A DNA stretch of 64,000 bases from Eledone cirrhosa. Taxonomy: Eukaryota. The notes under the pieces are model-generated. The model was not told the DNA's origin, searched no databases, and saw only the letters and a list, made by a program, of their open reading frames with translations. A program made the translations under genes and the position numbers. Positions 1 through 12,665 of this stretch are shown here, piece after piece; positions within the stretch are counted from its first letter, which is position 1; each line of letters opens with the position of its first letter. Location: the NCBI GenBank assembly GCA_964016885.1, contig OZ024763.1, positions 26,226,001 through 26,290,000 of the forward strand, in the 5' to 3' direction.

Positions 1-3000
1 TAGGGTATTTGGCTCAGGATAGTAAGGTGGTGGTTTAGTGGTTAGGGGTGTTTGGCTCAGGATAGTAAGATGGTGGTTTAGTGGTTAGGGGTGTTTGGCT
101 CAGGATAGTAAGGTGGTGGTTTAGTGGTTAGGGGTGTTTGGCTCAGGATAGTAAGGTGGTGGTTTAGTGGTTAGGGGTGTTTGGCTCAGGATAGTAAGGT
201 GGTGGTTTAGTGGTTAGGGGTGTTTGGCTCAGGATAGTAAGATGGTGGTTTAGTGGTTAGGGGTGTTTGGCTCAGGATAATAAGGTGGTGGTTTAGTGGT
301 TAGGGGTGTTTGGCTCAGGATAGTAAGGTGGTGGTTTAGTGGTTAGGGTATTTGGCTCAGGATAGTAAGGTGGTGGTTTAGTGGTTAGGGGTGTTTGGCT
401 CAGGATAGTAAGGTGGTGGTTTAGTGGTTAGGGGTGTTTGGCTCAGGATAGTAAGGTGGTGGTTTAGTGGTTAGGGGTGTTTGGCTCAGGATAGTAAGGT
501 GGTGGTTTAGTGGTTAGGGGTGTTTGGCTCAGGATAGTAAGGTGGTGGTTTAGTGGTTAGGGGTGTTTGGCTCAGGATAGTAAAGTGGTGGTTTAGTGGT
601 TAGGGTTGTTTGTCTCAGGATAGTAAGGTGGTGGTTTAGTGGTTAGGGGTGTTTGGCTCAGGATAGTAAGGTGGTGGTTTAGTGGTTAGGGGTGTTTGGC
701 TCAGGATTGTAAGGTGGTGGTTTAGTGGTTAGGGGTGTTTGGCTCAGGATTGTAAGGTGGTGGTTTAGTGGTTAGGGGTGTTTGGCTCAGGATAGTAAAG
801 TGGTGGTTTTGTGGTTAGGGGTGTTTGGCTCAGGATAGTAAGGTGGTGGTTTAGTGGTTAGGGGTGTTTGGCTCAGGATAGTAAGGTGGTGGTTTAGTGG
901 TTAGGGGTGTTTGGCTCAGGATTGTAAGGTGGTGGTTTAGTGGTTAGGGGTGTTTGGCTCAGGATAGTAAGGTGGTGGTTTAGTGGTTAGGGTATTTGGC
1001 TCAGGATAGTAAGGTGGTGGTTTAGTGGTTAGGGGTGTTTGGCTCAGGATAGTAAGGTGGTGGTTTAGTGGTTAGGGGTGTTTGGCTCAGGATTGTAAGG
1101 TGGTGGTTTAGTGGTTAGGGGTGTTTGGCTCAGGATTGTAAGGTGGTGGTTTAGTGGTTAGGGGTGTTTGGCTCAGGATTGTAAGGTGGTGGTTTAGTGG
1201 TTAGCGTATTTGGCTCAGGATTGTAAGGTGGTGGTTTAGTGGTTAGGGTATTTGGCTCAGGATAGTAAGGTGGTGGTTTAGTGGTTAGGGGTGTTTGGCT
1301 CAGGATAGTAAGGTGGTGGTTTAGTGGTTAGGGGTGTTTGGCTCAGGATAGTAAAGTGGTGGTTTAGTGGTTAGGGGTGTTTGGCTCAGGATTGTAAGGT
1401 GGTGGTTTAGTTGTTAGGGGTGTTTGGCTCAGGATAGTAAGGTGGTGGTTTAGTGGTTAGGGGTGTTTGGCTCAGGATAGTAAGGTGGTGGTTTAGTGGT
1501 TAGGGGTGTTTGGCTCAGGATAGTAATGTGGTGGTTTAGTGGTTAGGGGTGTTTGGCTCAGGATTGTAAAGTGGTGGTTTAGTGGTTAGGGGTGTTTGGC
1601 TCAGGATTGTAAGGTGGTGGTTTAGTGGTTAGGGGTGTTTGGCTCAGGATAGTAAAGTGGTGGTTTAGTGGTTAGGGGTGTTTGGCTCAGGATAGTAAGG
1701 TGGTGGTTTAGTGGTTAGGGGTGTTTGGCTCAGGATAGTAAGGTGGTGGTTTAGTGGTTAGGGGTGTTTGGCTCAGGATTGTAAGGTGGTGGTTTAGTGG
1801 TTAGGGGTGTTTGGCTCAGGATTGTAAGGTGGTGGTTTAGTGGTTAGGGGTGTTTGGCTCAGGATTGTAAGGCGGTGGTTTAGTGGTTAGGGGTGTTTGG
1901 CTCAGGATAGTAAAGTGGTGGTTTAGTGGTTAGGGGTGTTTGGCTCAGGATAGTAAGGTGGTGGTTTAGTGGTTAGGGGTGTTTGGCTTAGGATTGTAAG
2001 GTGGTGGTTTAGTGGTTAGGGGTGTTTGGCTCAGGATAGTAAGGTGGTGGTTTAGTGGTTAGGGTATTTGGCTCAGGATAGTAAGGTGGTGGTTTAGTGG
2101 TTAGGGGTGTTTGGCTCAGGATAGTAAGGTGGTGGTTTAGTGGTTAGGGGTGTTTGGCTCAGGATTGTAAGGTGGTGGTTTAGTGGTTAGGGGTGTTTGG
2201 CTCAGGATTGTAAGGTGGTGGTTTAGTGGTTAGCGTATTTGGCTCAGGATTGTAAGGTGGTGGTTTAGTGGTTAGGGTATTTGGCTCAGGATAGTAAGGT
2301 GGTGGTTTAGTGGTTAGGGGTGTTTGGCTCAGGATAGTAAGGTGGTGGTTTAGTGGTTAGGGGTGTTTGGCTCAGGATAGTAAGGTGGTGGTTTAGTGGT
2401 TAGGGGTGTTTGGCTCAGGATAGTAAGGTGGTGGTTTAGTGGTTAGGGGTGTTTGGCTCAGGATAGTAAGGTGGTGGTTTAGTGGTTAGGGGTGTTTGGC
2501 TCAGGATTGTAAAGTGGTGGTTTAGTGGTTTGGGGTGTTTGGCTCAGGATAGTAAGGTGGTGGTTTAGTGGTTAGGGGTGTTTGGCTCAGGATAGTAAGG
2601 TGGTGGTTTAGTGGTTAGGGGTGTTTGGCTCAGGATAGTAAGGTGGTGGTTTAGTGGTTAGGGGTGTTTGGCTCAGGATAGTAAAGTGGTGGTTTAGTGG
2701 TTAGGGGTGTTTGGCTCAGGATTGTAAGGTGGTGGTTTAGTGGTTAGGGGTGTTTGGCTCAGGATTGTAAGGTGGTGGTTTAGTGGTTAGGGGTGTTTGG
2801 CTCAGGATAGTAAAGTGGTGGTTTAGTGGTTAGGGGTGTTTGGCTCAGGATAGTAAGGTGGTGGTTTAGTGGTTAGGGGTGTTTGGCTCAGGATAGTAAA
2901 GTGGTGGTTTAGTGGTTAGGGGTGTTTGGCTCAGGATTGTAAGGTGGTGGTTTAGTTGTTAGGGGTGTTTGGCTCAGGATAGTAAGGTGGTGGTTTAGTG

Positions 3001-4060
3001 GTTAGGGGTGTTTGGCTCAGGATAGTAAGGTGGTGGTTTAGTGGTTAGGGGTGTTTGGCTCAGGATAGTAATGTGGTGGTTTAGTGGTTAGGGGTGTTTG
3101 GCTCAGGATTGTAAAGTGGTGGTTTAGTGGTTAGGGGTGTTTGGCTCAGGATTGTAAGGTGGTGGTTTAGTTGTTAGGGGTGTTTGGCTCAGGATTGTAA
3201 AGTGGTGGGTTAGTGGTTAGGGGTGTTTGGCTCAGGATAGTAAGGTGGTGGTTTAGTGGTTAGGGTATTTGGCTCAGGATTGTAAGGTGGTGGTTTAGTG
3301 GTTAGGGTATTTGGCTCAGGATAGTAAGGTGGTGGTTTAGTGGTTAGGGGTGTTTGGCTCAGGATAGTAAGGTGGTGGTTTAGTGGTTAGGGGTGTTTGG
3401 CTCAGGATAGTAAGGTGGTGGTTTAGTGGTTAGGGGTGTTTGACTCAGGATTGTAAGGTGGTGGTTTAGTGGTTAGGGGTGTTTGGCTCAGGATTGTAAG
3501 GTGGTGGTTTAGTGGTTAGGGGTGTTTGGCTCAGGATAGTAAGGTGGTGGTTTAGTGGTTAGGGGTGTTTGGCTCAGGATAGTAAGGTGGTGGTTTAGCG
3601 GTTAGAGGTGTTTGGCTCAGGATAGTAAGGTGGTGGTTTAGTGGTTAGGGGTGTTTGGCTCAGGATTGTAAGGTGGTGGTTTAGTGGTTAGGGGTGTTTG
3701 GCTCAGGATAGTAAGGTGGTGGTTTAGTGGTTAGGGGTGTTTGGCTCAGGATAGTAAGGTGGTGGTTTAGTGGTTAGGGGTGTTTGGCTCAGGATTGTAA
3801 GGTGGTGGTTTAGTGGTTAGGGGTGTTTGGCTCAGGATTGTAAGGTGGTGGTTTAGTGGTTAGGGGTGTTTGGCTCAGGATTGTAAGGTGGTGGTTTAGT
3901 GGTTAGGGGTGTTTGGCTCAGGATAGTAAGGTGGTGGTTTAGTGGTTAGGGGTGTTTGGCTCAGGATTGTAAGGTGGTGGTTTAGTGGTTAGAGGTGTTT
4001 GGCTCAGGATAGTAAGGTGGTGGTTTAATGGTTAGCGTATTTGGCTCAGGATTGTAAGGT
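1..4060 (+). repeat. 43-bp G/T-rich tandem repeat (~94 copies, runs off the window start), derived from a tRNA-like SINE head
   Basis: Unit GGTGGTGGTTTAGTGGTTAGGGGTGTTTGGCTCAGGATAGTAA, with CTCAG recurring at 13, 56 and 99. The last unit runs into SINE body (CATGAAATCAATTCCCAGGTGGTGTGTTGTGTTCTTGGGC) similar to the reverse complement of 47120-47250. Confidence 0.95.
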
Positions 4061-4169
4061 CATGAAATCAATTCCCAGGTGGTGTGTTGTGTTCTTGGGC
4101 ATAACATGTCATCTCTCATTGCTACAGTCCATTCAGCTGGGAAAAAATTGAGATTTTGTATAGCATTGT

Positions 4170-4500
4170 CAGGCAACGAATTGGCAGAGTTGTTAGAATG
4201 TTGGATAGAATGCCTTATGGTATTTATTTCAACTCTCAACCCTCTGAGTTTAAATCCCGCCGAGGTCAACTTTGCTTTTCATCCATTCGATGTCGATAAA
4301 AAATGTACCAGTGTAGTACTGGGGTCAATTCTTCCTCTATATCTCTTCCTCACTCTCTCTATCCTTCTCCAAAAGAAATCTACTGTATTCAGACCTGGAG
4401 AGGAGACGGGCTGCACCAGGCTTTGAACAAAATGCCCGAGAGATGCCATATATCAATACAGCACCTCTACAACTTCCCCATTGTCATATAGCTTTCTCAT
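4170..4500 (+). mobile_element. tRNA-derived SINE (family 2, long-tailed variant)
   Basis: GAGTTTAAATCCCGCCGAGGTCAACTTTGCTTTTCATCC...GTCGATAAAA core. Its tail matches the reverse-strand copy at ~60720-61460. Confidence 0.7.
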
Positions 4501-5680
4501 TATTAAGCTGATTTCTGGAACATAACTTAACAAAGGTTTCAACATAAAGTTATGATGGAAGGTTTATAAATATATATAAAAAATTTAACCCTTTTGTTAT
4601 CATATTTCTAATGAAGACACTGTCCATATGATTTTCAAATTTTGAAAATTATCAAGAATTTATCATTATTAAGCTGGTGTTTGGAACATAACTTAAAGTT
4701 TAACAAAATTATGATGTAAGGTTTTTTTATATAAATATAAACACTTTAAAATAAACAATTGTGTATCACAGAACCAGAGGTTCTTACATATAATTATGAT
4801 GGAAGGGTTTTTAAACACTTTAAATTTAAACACTTTAAAATAAACAGTTTTGTATCATAAAACAGAAATGTTTGGAACATAACTTAAGAAAGGTTCTTAC
4901 ATATTAGGATGGAAGGTTTTTTTTTTAATATAAATTTAAACACTTTAAAATAAACAGTTTTGTATCATAAAACAGAAATGTTTGGAACATAACTTAACCC
5001 TTTCTTGACTGTATTTCTAATGAACACTCTATTTCAATTAATTAATGAAGAATTTTGAGGGATTTACTAAAATTATTAATTATTTCATTACTAAACTAGT
5101 AACTTATTGTAAGGTTCTTATATAAAATTATGTTGGAAGATTTTAATTTAAATTGGAAATCTTTAAATAGGTGATTTTATTTCATAAAACCAGAGCTTGT
5201 TTTGGCTGGGTTAGCAACTAAAGGGTTAAGAAAGGGTATTAAATAAAATTATGATGGAAGGTTTCTTTATATAAATATAAACACTTTAAAATACACATTT
5301 TATATCATAGAACCAGAGTCATTTGGAACATAAAATTATGATTAAAGGATTTTTTAGATTAAAATAAACAGTTTTGTAACATAGAACCAGGAGTGTTTGG
5401 AACATAACTTAAGAAAGGTTCTTATATAAAATTATGATGGAACATTTTTTTTAGATTAAAATAAAGGTTTTTTTAATATAAATATAAACAGTTTGGAACA
5501 TAACTTAAGAAAGGTTCTTAACATAAAATTATGATGGAAGGTTTTTTAATATAAATATCAACAGTTTGGAACATAACTTAAGAAAGGTTCTTGTATAAAA
5601 TTAAGTGGAATGTTTTTTTTATTTTTTCATATATATTTAAACAGTTTAGAATAAACAGTTTTGTATCAGAGAAGCAGGAG
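4500..5680 (+). repeat. Degenerate AT-rich MITE-derived repeats, including a TTAA-flanked CCCTTT...AAAGGG MITE at ~4997-5225
   Basis: Repeated TTTGGAACATAACTTAA..AAGGTTCTTATATAAAATTATGATGGAAGG blocks. The same family occurs at 45690-46320 and 58517-58615. Confidence 0.65.
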
Positions 5681-5997
5681 TGGTGTCTGGCAGTTTGGTA
5701 TTAAAAGTGGAGTGGTGTCTGGCAGTTTGGTATTAAAAGTGGAGTGGTGTCTGGCAGTTTGGTATTAAAAGTGGAGTGGTGTCTGGCAGTTTGGTATTAA
5801 AAGTGGAGTGGTGCCTGGCAGTTTGGTATTAAAAGTGGAGTGGTGTCTGGCAGTTTGGTATTAAAAGTGGAGTGGTGTCTGGCAGTTTGGTATTAAAAGT
5901 GGAGTGGTGTCTGGCAGTTTGGTATTAAAAGTGGAGTGGTGTCTGGCAGTTTGGTATTAAAAGTGGAGTGGTGTCTGGCAGTTTGGTATTAAAAGTA
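5677..5997 (+). repeat. 32-bp minisatellite, ~10 copies
   Basis: Near-perfect unit GTGGAGTGGTGTCTGGCAGTTTGGTATTAAAA. Confidence 0.95.
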
Positions 5998-6445
5998 AAG
6001 TTGTACCCACAACCCTCGTCCACATTTAAATTGTCTTTTTTTATATTTAAACTAAGAAAATCTAAAACACATACATGTGTATAATATATATTCTCTCTCT
6101 CTCTCTTTCTCTCTCTCTCTATACACACACAAACACATGTATATAACCCCCCCCCTCTCTCTCTCTATATATATATATACATACACGCAAACACATCTAT
6201 ATAATCTCTCTCTATCTCTATATATATACACACACACACACTGTAATAATCTCTCTCTCTATCTATCTCTCTCTTTCTATATATACACACAAACATGTAT
6301 ATAATCTCCCTCTTTCTCTCTCTCTCTCTCTATACACACACACATGTGTATATAATTCTCTCTCTCTATACACACACACACACACACATGTATATATACA
6401 TATATACACACACATGTATATAATTTTCTCTCTCTATACACACAC

Positions 6446-6485
<40 letters not shown>

Positions 6486-6794
6486 GCATGTGTGTGTGTG
6501 ATGTCTGAGAAATAACAGAACTTTCTAATGCCTCTGTCAAGGTTTACTTAAGGCGGTGTGTTATATAATATATCACAGCGAGGATACACCCCGTACCTAC
6601 CAATACTGATCCTGTCAGACCCACCCCAACCTCGCCTCTCTACACTGTGATGTATCATCTACCCCTCCCCCTTTCTATATATATACTTGATTCTCTCTCG
6701 CCCCCCCCCCCCCTCTCTACACACACACACTCGCATACAGTATATCTATCTATCTACCTCTCTTTACAGTATTAAACGATGATGATGATATGTA

Positions 6795-6829
<35 letters not shown>

Positions 6830-6830
<1 letters not shown>

Positions 6831-7597
6831 CCACTGCTAGCTGCAAAAGGCTTCTCCCTCAGAATGAAAGGCAGACTGTATGATGCGTGTATCCGAACAC
6901 CAATGTTGCATGGTAGTGAGACCTGGGCGCTGAAGGTGGAAGACTTACGTAGATTAGAGAGAAACGAAGCCTGCATGCTCCGATGGATGTGTAACAGTAA
7001 TATACGTGAACGACAAAGCATAAAGGAATTGAGAGAGAGACTGAGCATAAGAGGAATCAAATGCTGCGTGCAGGAGAGGCGGTTATGCTGGTATGGACAT
7101 GTGATGCGTATGAAGGATGACAGCTGCATAAAAAGGTGCAGAGCACTAGAAGTTGATGGAAACCGCGGAGTGGGGAGACCCAAGATGACTTGGGATGAGG
7201 TGATAAAAGCCGACCTTACCCAACTACACCTCTCAAAGACAATGACACACGACCGTGACTTCTGGCGTCACGCAGTAATACAGGGTACCCGACCTCCCAT
7301 GGGTACATGCTGAAGCATATAAACAATATGCCCCCACTCCCCCCACCGCAAGGTGGTCGTGGAGGTGCCACGGCAAAAAAATCACCCAGCCCACACTGTA
7401 AAGTGGACGTGTAGGCGCCACGAAAAAGCACCCAGCACTCACTGTAAATGAGGTTGGTGTTAGGAAGGGCATCCAGCTGTAGAAATCAAGCCAGATCAGT
7501 TCCTGTATGAGCAAGGCATGGTCAGCCGACCAGACACTGCCCACAACAGGACAACCCGTCTAACCCATGCTAGCGTGGAAGAACGGACGTAAAACGG

Positions 7598-7630
<33 letters not shown>
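6830..7630 (+). mobile_element. 5'-truncated RTE-clade LINE (family A): RT C-terminus, 3'UTR and (GAT)n tail, inserted in (TA)n
   Basis: ORF 6798-7313 has [33 protein letters not shown]. Near-identical to the - strand copy at 26003-27032. Confidence 0.92.
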
Positions 7631-7631
<1 letters not shown>

Positions 7632-7819
7632 ATATATGTATGTGTGTGTATATATATATATATATATGTATCTGTGTGTGTGTGTATATATATATATATA
7701 CACACATACATACATACTCGATTATTCTATCACGTGTTGCAGCCAATAGGCTGAGGCCATGCTGGGGCACTTTAGATTATCTCTCTCTCTCCCCCCCTCT
7801 CTCTCTCTATATATATATA

Positions 7820-8013
7820 TAATTATTGTTTCTACTTTTGGCACAAGGCCAGCAATTACCCAGTGTATTACTGGTACTTTATTTTATCGACCTCGTAAGG
7901 ATGAAAGGCAAAGTTAACCTCGGCGGGATTTGAACTCAGAATGGCAAGGGCCGTAACTCTCTGCGTCAAAGCATGGCGTCCGACCCTCTACCGATACTGC
8001 CAATCCACCGCCC
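7820..8013 (-). mobile_element. tRNA-derived SINE (family 2), full length
   Basis: Reverse complement of GGGCGGTGGATTGGCAGTATCGGTAGAG...GAGTTCAAATCCC (B-box-like)...AAAGTAGAAACAAT. Same family as 42478-42668 and 56161-56350. Confidence 0.85.
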
Positions 8014-8057
8014 TATATATAATTATGATAGACAGACAGGTCTATATAGTGTGTCTG

Positions 8058-8089
<32 letters not shown>

Positions 8090-8953
8090 CGATATTAACA
8101 AATGGAAACTATATTTATAAGACCATATTTATTTCATTATACATATTTCAAGGACACCAAGTTAAATTAATTAAAATATTTGCTTGTTGTATCCCAACAA
8201 TTTAAATAGAACTTCTACATATATATATATATATATATATAACGAAGGAAATGTGGTAAGGAACCAGGTGGACCATAACGCACCAAAGTACTCAATACTT
8301 AGTCGAAACGGCTTGAGCTCAGCCGTCGGGGTCCTACTCATTCCTATATATATATATTGCCATCATCGTTTAATGTCTATCTTCCAATCTAGTTTGTCCC
8401 ACTTAAGGCAAGTTAGGTCGGGTGACCATGTCTCACTCGTATAGGACTATTTCTGGCTGGTTTTCTACGGCTGGATGCCCTTCATAACGCCAACATATAT
8501 ATATATATATCATCACCGTTTTACGTCCGTTCTTCCACACCAGCATGGGTTAGACGGGTTGTCCTGTTGTGGGCAGTAGCCGGTCGGCTGACCATGTCTT
8601 GCTCATACGGGAACTGATTCTGGCTTGATTTCTACAGCTGGATGCCCTTCCTAACACCAACCTCATTTACAGTGAGTGCTGGGTTCTTTTTTGCTGTGGC
8701 ACCTCCATGACCACTTTGCAGTGGGAGAGTATGGGGGCATATTGTCTATATGCTTCAGCTTCGGCTTGTACCCGTGGTGGTGGTGGTGGTGGGGAGGGTC
8801 TTCTGTATTATATATATATATATATATATTGTCTGCCTCTCTGTTTTGTTCCCGTCTAAATTTTCACTATATATATATATAATATATATATATAGACAGA
8901 TAGATCTAAATAGTGTGACTATATATATTATATATATATATCTATATATATAT

Positions 8954-9071
8954 ATAGGAACGAGTAGGACCCCGACAGCTGAGCTCAAGCCGTTTCGACG
9001 GCTAATTCTGGACTCAGAATTAGCCGTCGAAACGGCTTGAGCTCAGCCGTCGGGGTCCTACTCGTTCCTAT
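8954..9071. repeat. Near-perfect palindrome: 57-bp arms, 4-nt loop
   Basis: ATAGGAACGAGTAGG...GCTAATTCTG-GACT-CAGAATTAGC...CCTACTCGTTCCTAT, with one mismatch. Confidence 0.95.
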
Positions 9072-9321
9072 TACCCACTCTACTACCCTAAGTATTGAGT
9101 ACTTTGGCACTATATAGACCTGTCTATCTCTCTCTCTATTCACACATGCTCAATACACTTCCAGTGGTATATCTGTTAAAGTCCCTCTTGGTTGTGTTTC
9201 AGTAACATTTGCTTAGCTTTCTCTCTTTCTGTGTGTGTATATAGTATATATTGTGTGTAGAACTGTCAGCTGGGTATGTATATATTATATCTATAAAGTC
9301 TCTCTCTCTCTCTATATATAT

Positions 9322-9354
<33 letters not shown>

Positions 9355-9974
9355 GTGTGTATGGCACAGATGAAGCTTGTTTATCAGTTGTAAGTTAGTG
9401 TGATGTGGAGATGATGGTGGTGGTGGTGGTGGTGAGTGTGGTGGTGGTGGTGAGAATGTGGTGGTGGTGGTGAGTGTGGTGGTGGTGGTGAGAATGTGGT
9501 GATGATTGTTCTGGTGGTGAGAATGTGGTGGTGGTGGTGGTGGTGTGTGGCGGTGGTGGTGAGAAGGCGGTAGCTGTCAAAGTAATAGGAAGAAAACCAG
9601 TACATGTACACTTAGATACACACACTCTGATACATGCTGTCTGTCTGTCTGTCTGTCTGTGTGTGTGTATGTCATGTTTACTTATATGCACACACACACT
9701 CACACCCACACATTCATAGTCTCTGTGTGTGTGTCATATGGACAGATACAGGATCTGTACAAATGTATATCTCTGGTCTACATTGTTGGATGCAAACAAA
9801 GTCGCAGGTTTTATATCAGAGTGACCTTCTTCTCAAGAGATGTCTTAATGAAGACTAGGAGTTTCTCGATCCACAAAAAAATTTTTTTATTGGATGGTTG
9901 TTGACTCTCTTGAGTTCCTCCACCCTATGATGGGTTTCGTTTTTCATCCCGCAAGGTGTCAAATCACCAACAGT

Positions 9975-10530
9975 AACACTACCACTTTACAGAGTGTACT
10001 GGGTGTATTTTATCATGACACCATCACTACCACTTTACAGAGTGTACATGGTGTATTTTATCATAGCACCTGCACTACCACTTTACAGAGTGTACTGGGT
10101 GTGTACAGGATGTATTTTATCATAACACCTGCACTACCACTTTACAGAGTGTACTGGGTGTATTTTATCATGACACCATCACTACCACTTTACAGAGTGT
10201 ACTGGGTGTGTACAGGATGTATTTTATCATAACACCTGCACTACCACTTTACAGAGTGTACTGGGTGTATTTTATCATGACACCACCACTACCACTTTAC
10301 AGAGTGTACTGGGTGTATTTTATCATAACACCATCACTACCACTTTACAGAGTGTACATGGTGTATTTTATCATAGCACCTGCACTACCACTTTACAGAG
10401 TGTACTGGGTGGGTACAGGATGTATTTTATCATAACACCTGCACTACCACTTTACAGAGTGTACTGGGTGTATTTTATCATGACACCACCACTACCACTT
10501 TACAGAGTGTACTGGGTGTATTTTACCATA
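9975..10530 (+). repeat. 48-bp (some 60-bp) minisatellite
   Basis: Unit ACCACTTTACAGAGTGTACTGGGTGTATTTTATCATGACACCATCACT. Confidence 0.92.
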
Positions 10531-11002
10531 GCAGCAGCCCTATCGGAGGTTGTCTGCCGGGCCCTTGACAAGGTTGGCACCAGGGAAAGTAGTAATTTTA
10601 TTAAATCCCTTCAGATTTAATAAAATTCAAATTTTTCAAATCTAATTGGGACAGCTGAGCTGTGGGTTTCATCAGAAATCTGGTGATGAAAGGGCTAAAT
10701 CTGAAGTGTTACCCCATGTCACTCCATCCGGGTGGCGTGATCACCTTTGCTGCCAGGTGTGTCAGGTGATGTGTGAGTGTTCTCTCAATACAGACATACA
10801 CACACACATGCACATATGGGGTGACCTAGTCACCTATTTACTATGTAACAACCACACCCTCTCTCCCTCTCTCTCTTGGCTGCCTCCCACTCACAGAAGC
10901 CAAACTACTGCTGACACTGCACCCATAACTTCAAAACCCTTGCTTCTTACGCCATGTGTGTAATGTACACCCCCTCTCTTTGTGTATGCCACACACACAT
11001 AT

Positions 11003-11033
<31 letters not shown>

Positions 11034-11057
11034 CGTACACACACACATACCCCCCCC

Positions 11058-11088
<31 letters not shown>

Positions 11089-11237
11089 ATAATATATACA
11101 TATATATATATACAAATATATCCATATATATAAAAAAGTGTGTATGTATGTATATGTGTGTGTGTGTGCATATCATCATTGTTTAACATCCTGTGTATGT
11201 GTATGTATGTATGTATGTATGTATGTATGTATGTATG

Positions 11238-11800
11238 CAGTACATACCTGTCTCATGGTCGGGTTGTTGGCGACTAAACTGGCAACCCCACCAAGGTTTC
11301 TTGGTGAGGAGGGTGACCTTGGACATCCTGCAGGACTAAAAACAAAACCTGTCAAAGGGCAAAGGAGCTCTTAAGAGTCAATGGCCATCCAAAATCACCG
11401 GGAGAGATGACCCTTTAGCCTTTGTCAAGGCAGAATTCTAGGAGAAGGAAAACTCTGATATAACACCTGCAACTCTGATGGTATCCAATGATGTTGACTT
11501 GTTCTTCTTTTTGGTAAATATCATCTTGGTTAAGAGAGTGGGACTGGCTTTGTGCAGTGCCTTTGCTCACTATAAAAGCTTCACGGCACAGGCATTGCTT
11601 TATATCTGGAGATCTCTCTGCACTTGTCGTCACATGGTACCAGCACTATGTGTCAATAATTGTCACAAATGTAGTGTTTGTACCAGAGTTTTCAAGTCAC
11701 TGGCTGGACTAAAAAGTCACACTCATTCAGCGCATCGGTAGGGGTTCTCCTACATGGATATGAAGTAGTGGCCGTACTCGAAAACGAGTTGGCAGCCACC
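11238..11800 (+). mobile_element. Probable non-autonomous bipartite RTE/BovB-like element in (TATG)n
   Basis: RTE-5'UTR-like CTAGGAGAAGGAAAACTCTGA motif joined to a C-terminal C2H2 finger remnant (CSVCTRVFKSLAGLKSHTHSAH), flanked by ATGT repeats. Confidence 0.5.
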
Positions 11801-12103
11801 ATGTATGCATGTATGTATGTGTATATATATATATACATTGTTATACTTGGGGAGGGTCATATTGTTATAATATTGCCAGAAATAATAACAGAACACACTC
11901 ACTGTTTGGTTGGTTTTTGCTTCTGTATATTCTATATCTCCATAGTTAATTTATTTGGCAATCAATGTTTATCATTGATTGACCAACGGTTAAAAATACA
12001 GATATAAATATATATATATAGTCTAACAAAGTTCTTTCGTTGCACATCTGTAACATCATCAGTGGTGCTATAATATTTCCTACTATTATATTATACTGTA
12101 ATG

Positions 12104-12140
<37 letters not shown>

Positions 12141-12304
12141 ATTTTGGGTTGAATTGGGGGTAACCACAGTAAGTAAGGTACTCAATACATAGCAGAGTAT
12201 AAATGTTTTAACATAGAAGAGCTTCTACAGGACTAGAACTGTTTCATTCGTGAGAAATCATCCGGATGAAACAGTTCTAGTCCTGTAGAAGCTTTTTTAT
12301 ATAT

Positions 12305-12665
12305 ATGGTGGATGGGTGCTACACGAGAATGCTGAGGATGGCTCTGAACATTAATCAGTATACACTGAGGATGAAAAACTCAGAGCTGTATGGGAGCCTC
12401 CCAAAAGTCAGCTCAAAAGTGACACAGAGGAGACTGAGGTTAGCTGGACATGCTCACCCACATCCAGAGTTGACACTGCACTCAGTGTTCCTGTGGGAGC
12501 CCCTACATGGACACACTGGATGAGGAAGACCAAGGTTAACGTATGTTGATGCCCTAAGGACAGACACTGGTCTGTTGGAGGTGCAGGGCATGGCAGCGAT
12601 AATGAGGGACAGAGACCGCTGGAGAGAACTCGTCCATGGATCTCGGGAATTTTACCCGCCCTAGA
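12305..12665 (+). mobile_element. LINE 3' fragment (RTE-like, distinct family)
   Basis: DGCYTRMLRMALNI...RRLRLAGH...GRPRLTYVD, flanked by TA tracts. Confidence 0.75.

Noticed and set aside
1-4060. Telomeric or subtelomeric repeat, or an amplified exon-1 donor (CTC AGG ATT|GTAAGG)
   Set aside because: There is only one TTAGGG per 43 bp, and the unit is better explained by homology to the SINE head it runs into.
12020-12072. Further hammerhead-like motifs (- strand CTGATGA..GAAAG here; CAGAAGA..GAAAG at ~18440-18490)
   Set aside because: Stem I pairing is poor or the core is mutated, so these are at best decayed relics.
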